NCBI GenBank assembly: GCA_028712375.1
Contig: JAQTQG010000003.1
Location: forward strand, 14,619 to 78,618
Origin: Candidatus Omnitrophota bacterium
GTDB taxonomy: Bacteria; Omnitrophota; Gorgyraeia; Gygaellales; Profunditerraquicolaceae
Direction: 5' to 3'
DNA length: 64,000 bases
In this document: in pieces, positions 56,866 to 64,000 of the stretch
How the letters are laid out: the number at the start of each line of letters is the position of its first letter
How positions within the stretch are numbered: position 1 is the stretch's first letter
Program-made: the position numbers and the translations under genes
The notes under the pieces: model-generated
What the model was told of the DNA's origin: nothing
What the model saw: the letters and a program-made list of their open reading frames with translations, nothing else
Database searches by the model: none

Positions 56866-57788
56866 GCTTTCAGTTTCCCGGTAAGCTGGTTTAAATTCTG
56901 CATATTATTACTCATCAGGTACTGCTGCAACTCGGCAATAATCTGCAGGCTGGATTGGGGATTAATAAAATTCGCCGTCCCCACACTGATTGCCGTAGCC
57001 CCGGCAATAAAAAATTCCAGCGCGCTATCAATGTCCATTATACCACCCATCCCAATTATGGGAATCTTAATCTTATTATACGCCTCCCAAATCATTTTTA
57101 CCGCAACCGGACGGATTGCCGGGCCGCTTAATCCCCCCACCCAGGCACCTAATTTAGGAACGCGCTTCTTTACATCTATACTCATACCGCCAAGCGTATT
57201 AATTAAAGACACCGCATCTGCTCCGGCACTTTCAGCTGCCAAGGCTATCTCGGAGATAGAAGTCACATTGGGCGATAACTTAACAATTAAACATTTATCT
57301 GTAAGCTTGCGCGCTGCGCTCACTGCTTCCAGGGTGGCCTGGGAATCCTGAGAAATTAATCTTTTCTTTTGCAGGTTGGGACAGGAGATGTTTAATTCTA
57401 TTGCGGAGACCTCACGCACCGGCTCCAACTGTTTAATTAAAACTTCGAATTCATCCGGAGTTTCTTCTGCGGCAATACTCACAACCACCGGAACACCTAA
57501 TTTCTTAAGAAAAGAAAACTTTTTCTGAAGGAATTTATTTATGCCGGGGTTTTCCAGGCCGATAGAATTAAGCATGCCGGCCGGAGTCTCACAAGTACGC
57601 GGAGCAATGTTCCCTTGGCGCGGGCGGACAGTAATCGTTTTAGTAACAATCGCCCCCAGCTTTTTTAAATCCAATAAACTCTTAAACTCCTCGGCATAAC
57701 CGAATGTGCCGGAAGCAACCATTACCGGATTTTTTAGCTCCAGGCTGCCTATTTTTACATTTAAATTCGGCTTTTTCTTCTTTACCAT
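56853..57788 (-). CDS. pyrD: Dihydroorotate dehydrogenase, catalytic subunit (class 1B)
   Basis: NPVMVASGTFG, IELNISCPN, GGLSGPAIRP, IIGMGGI. Confidence 0.95.
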   Translation of the reverse strand: MVKKKKPNLNVKIGSLELKNPVMVASGTFGYAEEFKSLLDLKKLGAIVTKTITVRPRQGNIAPRTCETPAGMLNSIGLENPGINKFLQKKFSFLKKLGVPVVVSIAAEETPDEFEVLIKQLEPVREVSAIELNISCPNLQKKRLISQDSQATLEAVSAARKLTDKCLIVKLSPNVTSISEIALAAESAGADAVSLINTLGGMSIDVKKRVPKLGAWVGGLSGPAIRPVAVKMIWEAYNKIKIPIIGMGGIMDIDSALEFFIAGATAISVGTANFINPQSSLQIIAELQQYLMSNNMQNLNQLTGKLKACKD

Positions 57789-58558
57789 GCCAATTCCTCG
57801 CTGCCAAAAACCGGGCCGTCTTTACAAACACTCTTATAACCGGTTTTAGTTAGAATTTCACAACCCAGGCATGCTCCCACCCCGCAAGCCATATGCGCCT
57901 CCAAAGAAAGCTGAGCCGGAATTTTATTTTCACAGGCAATCCGAGCAACAGCCTTGAGCATCGGCTGCGGTCCGCAAGAAAATAAAGATCCGGGCTTAAC
58001 CTGCCCCAGGACAATATTTAATAAATCCGTTACTCTTCCTTTAAACCCTGCCGAGCCATCATCGGTCGCTATTTTTATCGCGCATCCCAAAGCCTTAAAC
58101 TCCTGCAGACAAAGAATTTGTTTCTTAGTCGCCGCTCCAATCAAAACTAACGGTTTACTTAATTTTAATTTTTCCGCTAAAAAAACCAGCGGTGCTACCC
58201 CCATGCCTCCGGCTACTATAATATTTTTATGCTGGCCGGACTTATCCGGGCGCAAACAATCAAAACCGTGCCCCAGCGGGCCAATAATATCCAAAAATTC
58301 TCCCGGTCTTCTTTGCGATAAAATCTGCGTACCTTTGCCGATAATCTCATAAATAATTTTCACTTTTGAACCGCTTACTCCGTGTATGCTAATCGGCCTT
58401 CTCAATAAAGGGTCCCAGGTATTATTGACCTTGATATTCACAAACTGGCCCGGTTGTGCCTGTTGAGCAATGACGGTAGATTCAAATTCCAAATGCCCAT
58501 AATTACCGTTGCGCCTTTGGTTAGAAATTATCCTGGCTTTTATCTGTTTTGCTTTCAT
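57782..58558 (-). CDS. pyrK: Dihydroorotate dehydrogenase electron-transfer subunit
   Basis: RRPISI, GGMGVAPL, and a C-terminal C...CGVGACLGC 2Fe-2S motif. Confidence 0.9.
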   Translation of the reverse strand: MKAKQIKARIISNQRRNGNYGHLEFESTVIAQQAQPGQFVNIKVNNTWDPLLRRPISIHGVSGSKVKIIYEIIGKGTQILSQRRPGEFLDIIGPLGHGFDCLRPDKSGQHKNIIVAGGMGVAPLVFLAEKLKLSKPLVLIGAATKKQILCLQEFKALGCAIKIATDDGSAGFKGRVTDLLNIVLGQVKPGSLFSCGPQPMLKAVARIACENKIPAQLSLEAHMACGVGACLGCEILTKTGYKSVCKDGPVFGSEELAW

Positions 58559-59330
58559 TTTTTTTATATGTGCACTGGCTGAGTAAAATTACAAAAATTA
58601 TAAATAAAACAAAGGTTAAAAATAGCCACACCGACTGTTGCAGATAAACCCGAAAACCTTCCCTGGCAATATCCTCCCAGGACTCTACCAATAAAGTAAG
58701 CAAAAGAAGCGTTAAAATGGAACCTATTTCTTTCTTAAACCAAGCTATTTTTATCGGCAGATAATCAACAATATCAAGCCTGACAAGGCTGGGTAGTGAA
58801 GGGAATATCCGGGGGACTTTGCGGCAATATTCCGGGTAGCTTTGCGGAAACATCCTGCGCAGTTTATTTTCTTCTTTATAAATAAGCAGGATATAGCGAA
58901 TAATAAACACGGCGATAAAAATTACTATTGCCCACCACTTGAATATCGCCAGCACCACTCCTAACCCGATCAAAAATATGCCTAGATACATCGGGTTGCG
59001 CACCATCTGATACGGCCCTCCTTGGATTAATGCCTGGCTATCCTGAGAATGCTCCGCTTTATATCCCCGGGCCGAAACCCGGATAACCTGGCCTAAGAGG
59101 ATAAGCGCAAACCCCAAAACTTCTAAAATCTCTTCTTGCATACTGCCGGAATAAACCCGCAGGAAAATTTTTGGTGAAAACACTATTACCAAAGCAGCAC
59201 AAGCCATAATAATACCGTTAATTTTAAGGCGTTTTTTCAATTTACTTTCCTTTCTAAAAACCCGCTCAACTTTAAACAAATCACACCTGGCACTTGGGGC
59301 AAAAATATGTGCCCCTTCCCCCCTGGACAA
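58521..59330 (-). CDS. ICMT-like membrane methyltransferase family protein (start uncertain)
   Basis: VRNPMYLGIFLIGLG motif, multiple TM helices. The track ORF overlaps mutM by 50 nt, so a later start (for example MACAAL, about 59207) is plausible. Confidence 0.65.
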   Translation of the reverse strand: MSRGEGAHIFAPSARCDLFKVERVFRKESKLKKRLKINGIIMACAALVIVFSPKIFLRVYSGSMQEEILEVLGFALILLGQVIRVSARGYKAEHSQDSQALIQGGPYQMVRNPMYLGIFLIGLGVVLAIFKWWAIVIFIAVFIIRYILLIYKEENKLRRMFPQSYPEYCRKVPRIFPSLPSLVRLDIVDYLPIKIAWFKKEIGSILTLLLLTLLVESWEDIAREGFRVYLQQSVWLFLTFVLFIIFVILLSQCTYKKNESKTDKSQDNF

Positions 59331-60123
59331 TTCTTTCTACCGGCCTTGAACAGACAAAACAAGGCTTACCTTCCCGGCCATAAACCTGATGGAATCGCCC
59401 ATAGTCTCCATTTTTTCCGGAAACCCGCACATAATCATCCACGGAAGAGCCGCCATGCTTAATTGCGCTTTTTAATACTGCCTGCATATGTTTATAAAGA
59501 AGGGCTTGCTCTTTTTCTTTTAAACTTTGCGCTGGCCGCCGGGGATCAATTCTGGCATGGAACAGAATTTCTGCGGCATAAATATTGCCAATTCCGGCAA
59601 TAAATGATTGATCCATCAACAAAGGCTTTATTCCGGTTTTTCTTTTTAAAAGCATATCTTTAAAAGCAGAATAAGTCAAATCAAATGGTTCCGGCCCAAG
59701 TCTTTGAATAAACCCCATTTCCTGCCAATCATCAAGCAGACGCAGTTCCGCAAATAAACGCTGATCATTAAAATCCAGAACCCGGTCGCCGCTAAGATAA
59801 AAAGTCACCCGGCTGTCAGTTTTTACAGATGAGCCGGTGATATCTGATAATTTATTTTTAACTGCGGTTGTACGCAACACAAGCTGGCCGGTCATTTTAA
59901 AATGCACGGTCAGAAATTTGCCGTTAGACAGCTCCAGGATTAACAGCTTACCCCGGCGCAACATACGTTTTATACTCAACCCCTCCAAGGATTTTTTAAA
60001 TACCGCCGGAGACGGTTGGCGAATTACTTTAGGGTTATTAATCAGCACGCGGATGATCTTGGCGCCACAAACGGCTTTCTCTAAATCACTTTTGATCGTC
60101 TGGACTTCCGGCAGCTCTGGCAT
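59281..60123 (-). CDS. mutM: Formamidopyrimidine-DNA glycosylase
   Basis: MPELPEV N-terminus, H2TH region, and a C-terminal CxxC...CxxC Zn finger. Confidence 0.95.
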   Translation of the reverse strand: MPELPEVQTIKSDLEKAVCGAKIIRVLINNPKVIRQPSPAVFKKSLEGLSIKRMLRRGKLLILELSNGKFLTVHFKMTGQLVLRTTAVKNKLSDITGSSVKTDSRVTFYLSGDRVLDFNDQRLFAELRLLDDWQEMGFIQRLGPEPFDLTYSAFKDMLLKRKTGIKPLLMDQSFIAGIGNIYAAEILFHARIDPRRPAQSLKEKEQALLYKHMQAVLKSAIKHGGSSVDDYVRVSGKNGDYGRFHQVYGREGKPCFVCSRPVERIVQGGRGTYFCPKCQV

Positions 60124-60131
60124 AATTTAAC

Positions 60132-61832
60132 CTATTTGGCTTTTTTACATTTCATTTTATGATACTCTTGCAATGATTTTACACCCAGGTCCTTCTTCGC
60201 CAGCATCTCTATGCCATTAACGGTAGCCTGTGCCCCAAAAATGGTAGTAGTATAAGGTATATTATAAAGAATAACTTGGGAACGGATTTTTACTTCATCC
60301 TGCCGGGGAATTCTGCCCGAGGGAGTATTAATCACCATCTGGATTTTGCCATCCTTCATTAAATCCAGGATATTCGGGCGTCCTTCGCTAATTTTCGGCA
60401 AGACCTTAGCAGGTATATTATTTTTTTCTAAAACCGAGGCTGTACCGCTGGAGGCAAAAATCTTAAAACCCAGGTCCTTTAATTTTTTGGCGATAAAAAC
60501 TATATCCCGCTTATCCCGGTCGTGCACCGAGATAAACACATTGCCATTCTTGGGAACTTTTTGCCCGGCGGCAATCTGGCTTTTAATGTAAGCGCTGGCA
60601 AAATCCATATCAATTCCCATAACTTCTCCGGTAGACTTCATCTCCGGCCCCAACATCACATCCACCCCCGGAAACCGGTTAAAAGGAAACACGGACTCTT
60701 TCACAGCCACATACGGCGGAATAATTTCTTCGGTAAAGCCTAAACTTTTCAGCTTTTTACCCATCATCACTTTCGTTGCCAATTTAGCCAAAGGAACACC
60801 GATAACTTTGGAAACTAAGGGCACAGTACGCGAGGCGCGCGGGTTAACTTCTAAAACATAAATCTTGGCATCTTTTACTGCATACTGCACATTCATTAAA
60901 CCAATAATATTTAGTTCTTTCGCTAACCTATAGGTAGCTTCCCTTAGCTTTTTCAAAATCTCCGGGTCCAGTGTGTACGTAGGAAGAGACATGGCCGCAT
61001 CCCCTGAGTGTACGCCGGCCTGTTCGATATGCTCCATAATTCCGCCAATAACAAAAGTTTCCCCGTCTCCGATCAAATCCACATCTATCTCAATCGCATC
61101 TTCCAAAAATTTATCAATCAATATCGGATGCTCACCGGATACTTCCGCCGCCTCATGAATAAACCTTTCCAACAGTTCCTGATCATAGACGATTTCCATT
61201 GCCCGCCCGCCCAATACATATGATGGCCTGACCAATACCGGATAACCGATATTATTGGCGACCTTTTGTGCTTCAGCAAAAGTAAACACTGTACCGCTAA
61301 CCGGCTGTAAAAGACCGAGTTTTTCAATCATTTGCTTAAAACGCTTGCGATCTTCCGCAATATCAATATTGTCGGAACTGGTGCCTAAAATATTTACTCC
61401 TGCCTGGCGTAAAGCTACCGCTAGGTTGATTGGAGTTTGCCCGCCAAATTGCACAATAACGCCCAGGGGCTTCTCTATTTCAATAATATTCATAATATCT
61501 TCAAAAGTCAGGGGTTCAAAATAAAGGCGGTCGGAAGTATCGTAATCCGTGGAAACAGTTTCCGGATTACAATTTACCATAATACTATCCACCCCTTCTT
61601 CCTTAAGCGCATAAGCCGCATGGCAGCAACAATAATCAAACTCAATACCTTGCCCAATTCTATTCGGACCACCACCCAAAATTATCACTTTTTTATTGTT
61701 GGCTTCTTTTGTAGCATAAAAATGTGGCTGCATAACAGCGGGTTTTGGGGAACGCAAACCCCTTATTGCATCTGTAGTTCTTATTTTTCTTTTTTTGTGC
61801 TGCTGTTTCACTTTTACCTCCTTAAGACACAA
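60132..61832 (-). CDS. carB: Carbamoyl-phosphate synthase large subunit, C-terminal half only (second ATP-grasp + MGS-like domain)
   Basis: KKVIILGGGPNRIGQGIEFDYCC aligns with the start of CarB's second half. The MGS-like tail is present. The likely start is internal (MQPHFY, about 61733). Confidence 0.85.
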   Translation of the reverse strand: MCLKEVKVKQQHKKRKIRTTDAIRGLRSPKPAVMQPHFYATKEANNKKVIILGGGPNRIGQGIEFDYCCCHAAYALKEEGVDSIMVNCNPETVSTDYDTSDRLYFEPLTFEDIMNIIEIEKPLGVIVQFGGQTPINLAVALRQAGVNILGTSSDNIDIAEDRKRFKQMIEKLGLLQPVSGTVFTFAEAQKVANNIGYPVLVRPSYVLGGRAMEIVYDQELLERFIHEAAEVSGEHPILIDKFLEDAIEIDVDLIGDGETFVIGGIMEHIEQAGVHSGDAAMSLPTYTLDPEILKKLREATYRLAKELNIIGLMNVQYAVKDAKIYVLEVNPRASRTVPLVSKVIGVPLAKLATKVMMGKKLKSLGFTEEIIPPYVAVKESVFPFNRFPGVDVMLGPEMKSTGEVMGIDMDFASAYIKSQIAAGQKVPKNGNVFISVHDRDKRDIVFIAKKLKDLGFKIFASSGTASVLEKNNIPAKVLPKISEGRPNILDLMKDGKIQMVINTPSGRIPRQDEVKIRSQVILYNIPYTTTIFGAQATVNGIEMLAKKDLGVKSLQEYHKMKCKKAK

Positions 61833-62019
61833 AACTAGCGGTGATCAAACCTTTAACCTTGCAATCAAACAACTTTTTATTTATCCGCCATATTCACTCC
61901 ACTTATACCAACTTTATGAAGCAATAAAACCACCCTAACCACAATTTATCCTAAATTATAGAGTCTACACTCCACTTATACAGAAACTGCTCTCTACTAC
62001 ATGCTGAATATGATTTTAT

Positions 62020-62091
62020 TGCCCCTGACAGGAGTCGAACCTGTACCACTAGCTCCGGAGGCTAGTGCGCTATCCATTGCGCTACAGGGGC
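62020..62091 (-). tRNA. tRNA-Arg (CCG)
   Basis: Acceptor GCCCCUG/CAGGGGC, anticodon stem CUAGC/GCUAG with loop CUCCGGA, T arm ACAGG-UUCGACU-CCUGU. Confidence 0.9.
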
Positions 62092-62100
62092 ATCAATAAT

Positions 62101-63342
62101 TTAAAAAAGCTTCAGTTGTTCTTCGTTTTTAACCGCAGGCGCTTCCTCAAACACGGAAACTACACCATATTCACCGTCATAACCAGGCTTTATATTAACT
62201 TTACCTTGGCGTGCCAACATAACTCCTTCAATAATTTTAGGAGGGAGCCCTCCTTTAAGCAATTCTTCATGAGAAGCTTTAAGCAAAATTTCAAACTCTG
62301 TACCAAACTTGCTTAAGTAATAAAGATAATCTCTTTCCACCCCTACCGCGGACTTGCCCAGTCCTTTTGCCGAAGCAATAATTTCATCCAAAGGAATCAA
62401 ATTTTTAAAAGGAATGGCGTTTTGCGGTTTAAACCCTTCCGGACGATCCGCTAATGCTTCCACGCGGTTAGCTACACCCACCGTAACGGATTTGCCGCAC
62501 TTAGGGCATTTTCCGTTATGCTGCCGGGTTTCCCTGGGCGGCCAACAAATTCCGCAAAGCCGGTGCCCGTCAAAATGATATTTTCCCTCTTCGGGGAAAA
62601 ACTCAATTGTATACAAAAATTTTTCCCGATCTTTATCTTTTAACACCTGGCGGATTGTCTGATAATCTAAGGCGCAATTAAAAACATTGGCTTCCCTGCC
62701 AATCTTCTGCGGTGAATGTGAATCGCTATTAGAAATCAAGGTAAATTTATCCAAAGCACTCAACCTCCAATTCATCTCCGGATCTGAAGATAGCCCTGTT
62801 TCCAGGGCGAATATTTTGGAGGTCTGATCCTCGAAGCAATCTTCAATTTTATCAAATCCGGACATTGAACCAAACAGGCTAAACCAGGGCGTCCAGATAT
62901 GCCCCGGGATAACCATGCAATTTTCGTCAATGTCAAAAACGATCCGCGCCAGTTCCGCGGCGTCCAGGCCGATAATCGGACGGCCGTCACTGGCTAAATT
63001 TGCACCCCGGCGGGAAAGAGTATTATTAATCTTATCTACAGTAGCAAAAGAAGGGGCGAAAATAAGATTATGAATACGGTACCCTTTGCCTGCCTTAGAA
63101 TAAATACTGCTGATTTCCGCAGTAAGTATAAAATTAATCCCGGCGTGTTTAAACAAACCGTTGCCGCAGTCTTCTAAATTATGCTTTAATTCCTCCAGCC
63201 ATAAATGGTGCGTAAAATCACCGGTACCCATTAAGCTGATGCCTTTTAGTTTCGCCCACTGCGCTAAGTGAACAATATCCATATCCCGGCTGGTTGCCCG
63301 CGAGTATTTGGAATGAATATGAAAATCCGCAATGAATTCCAT
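62101..63342 (-). CDS. PHP-domain nuclease, endonuclease Q-like
   Basis: MEFIADFHIHSKYSRATSRDM...GTGDFTHHLW N-terminus and a CPKCGKSVTVGV Zn finger. About 413 aa, as in EndoQ-family proteins (from memory). Confidence 0.65.
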   Translation of the reverse strand: MEFIADFHIHSKYSRATSRDMDIVHLAQWAKLKGISLMGTGDFTHHLWLEELKHNLEDCGNGLFKHAGINFILTAEISSIYSKAGKGYRIHNLIFAPSFATVDKINNTLSRRGANLASDGRPIIGLDAAELARIVFDIDENCMVIPGHIWTPWFSLFGSMSGFDKIEDCFEDQTSKIFALETGLSSDPEMNWRLSALDKFTLISNSDSHSPQKIGREANVFNCALDYQTIRQVLKDKDREKFLYTIEFFPEEGKYHFDGHRLCGICWPPRETRQHNGKCPKCGKSVTVGVANRVEALADRPEGFKPQNAIPFKNLIPLDEIIASAKGLGKSAVGVERDYLYYLSKFGTEFEILLKASHEELLKGGLPPKIIEGVMLARQGKVNIKPGYDGEYGVVSVFEEAPAVKNEEQLKLF

Positions 63343-63344
63343 GC

Positions 63345-64000
63345 TTAGCTCTTATATATTATTTTACCGTTATAAATAGTATACTCCACCAAACCTTTTA
63401 CCTTTCTTCCGATAAAGGGTGAGTTTTTGGATTTAGAAACAATGCTTTTTTTATCCAGAATAAATTCTTTGCCTGCGTCTATAACAATTACATCTGCATC
63501 AGCCCCTACGGTTAAGGTCCCTTTGTTGATCCCCAATATCTTTGCCGGGTTAAGCGCCAAGCTGCTAACTAATTCCTGCCAGCTTAAAATATTTTTATCA
63601 ATTAATTCCATAATACTCACTGCCAGCCCGGATTCAAGTCCAATTTTGCCGAATTCCGCGCGGTCAAACTCAATATCTTTTTCATTTTCCGTATGCGGGG
63701 CATGGTCGGAAGCGATTACATCTATCACCATATTTTTTAATCCGGTTTTTATTGCGGACACATCCTGCTTAGTCCTTAAGGGCGGATTAATTTTCATATT
63801 TGTATCATAATCAATAATGTCTTCGTCAGTTAGGGCAAAATAATGCGGGGCAGTCTCGCAGGTAATCTTAACTTTTCTTTTTTTAGCCGCGGCAATTATC
63901 TCTACCGATTCCCTGCAGCTAACGTGCGCAATATGCACGCTAGCTGCACATTTTTCCGCCAGCTCAATATCGCGGATGATTCTTGTATATTCTGATTCAT
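63345..64000 (-). CDS. pyrC: Dihydroorotase (C-terminal part; gene continues beyond window end)
   Basis: HIAHVS, ETAPHYF, IASDHAPH motifs. The reading frame is open to position 64000. Confidence 0.85.
   Translation of the reverse strand, partial: ESEYTRIIRDIELAEKCAASVHIAHVSCRESVEIIAAAKKRKVKITCETAPHYFALTDEDIIDYDTNMKINPPLRTKQDVSAIKTGLKNMVIDVIASDHAPHTENEKDIEFDRAEFGKIGLESGLAVSIMELIDKNILSWQELVSSLALNPAKILGINKGTLTVGADADVIVIDAGKEFILDKKSIVSKSKNSPFIGRKVKGLVEYTIYNGKIIYKS

Noticed and set aside
62004-62020. TGAATATGATTTTAT resembles half of an ARG box upstream of carB.
   Set aside because: Only one half-site matches, and it abuts the tRNA-Arg 3' end. This is too weak.

Overview
This is a 64-kb chromosomal segment coded almost entirely on the minus strand, from an unidentified, probably diderm bacterium. 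I cannot assign taxonomy from the sequence alone. The backbone is ordinary housekeeping:
- folE, mnmE, folC, purH
- a kamA plus two ATP-grasp ligase operon
- HAD, PAC2, M20 and EndoIII-like genes, and a PilZ protein
- a four-gene overlapping operon ending in a DEDDh-exonuclease-WYL fusion
- an outer-membrane beta-barrel and tRNA-Asp, tRNA-Val and tRNA-Arg
- two tandem SGNH-TPR paralogues
- a V-type ATPase operon (E, DUF2764-like, A, B, D, I, K)
- pyrF, pyrD, pyrK, mutM, a half-size carB, an EndoQ-like PHP nuclease and a partial pyrC

The outstanding feature is a ~19.2-kb integrative island (about 1737-20963) that looks AT-richer by eye and is inserted in frame into comM. It is bounded by 14-bp imperfect direct repeats. 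A large serine recombinase sits at one edge and a RepO-like initiator with iterons at the other.

Its cargo is a dense array of defence-type genes:
- a DUF1156-type methyltransferase with a convergent PD-DxK nuclease
- an HNH plus DGQH(K) ParB-like fusion
- an OLD-family ATPase/Toprim nuclease, preceded by a translationally coupled micro-ORF and followed by a Cas4-like nuclease, a TIR/deoxyribosyltransferase-like protein and a Zn-ribbon/HTH protein
- an AAA+ ATPase coupled to a Zn-ribbon protein
- two Zn-ribbon membrane proteins followed by a lipoprotein

The co-directional array 12886->5528 matches no named defence system I know. It is my best candidate for an undescribed system. All functional calls rest on motif recognition by eye, not on database searches.
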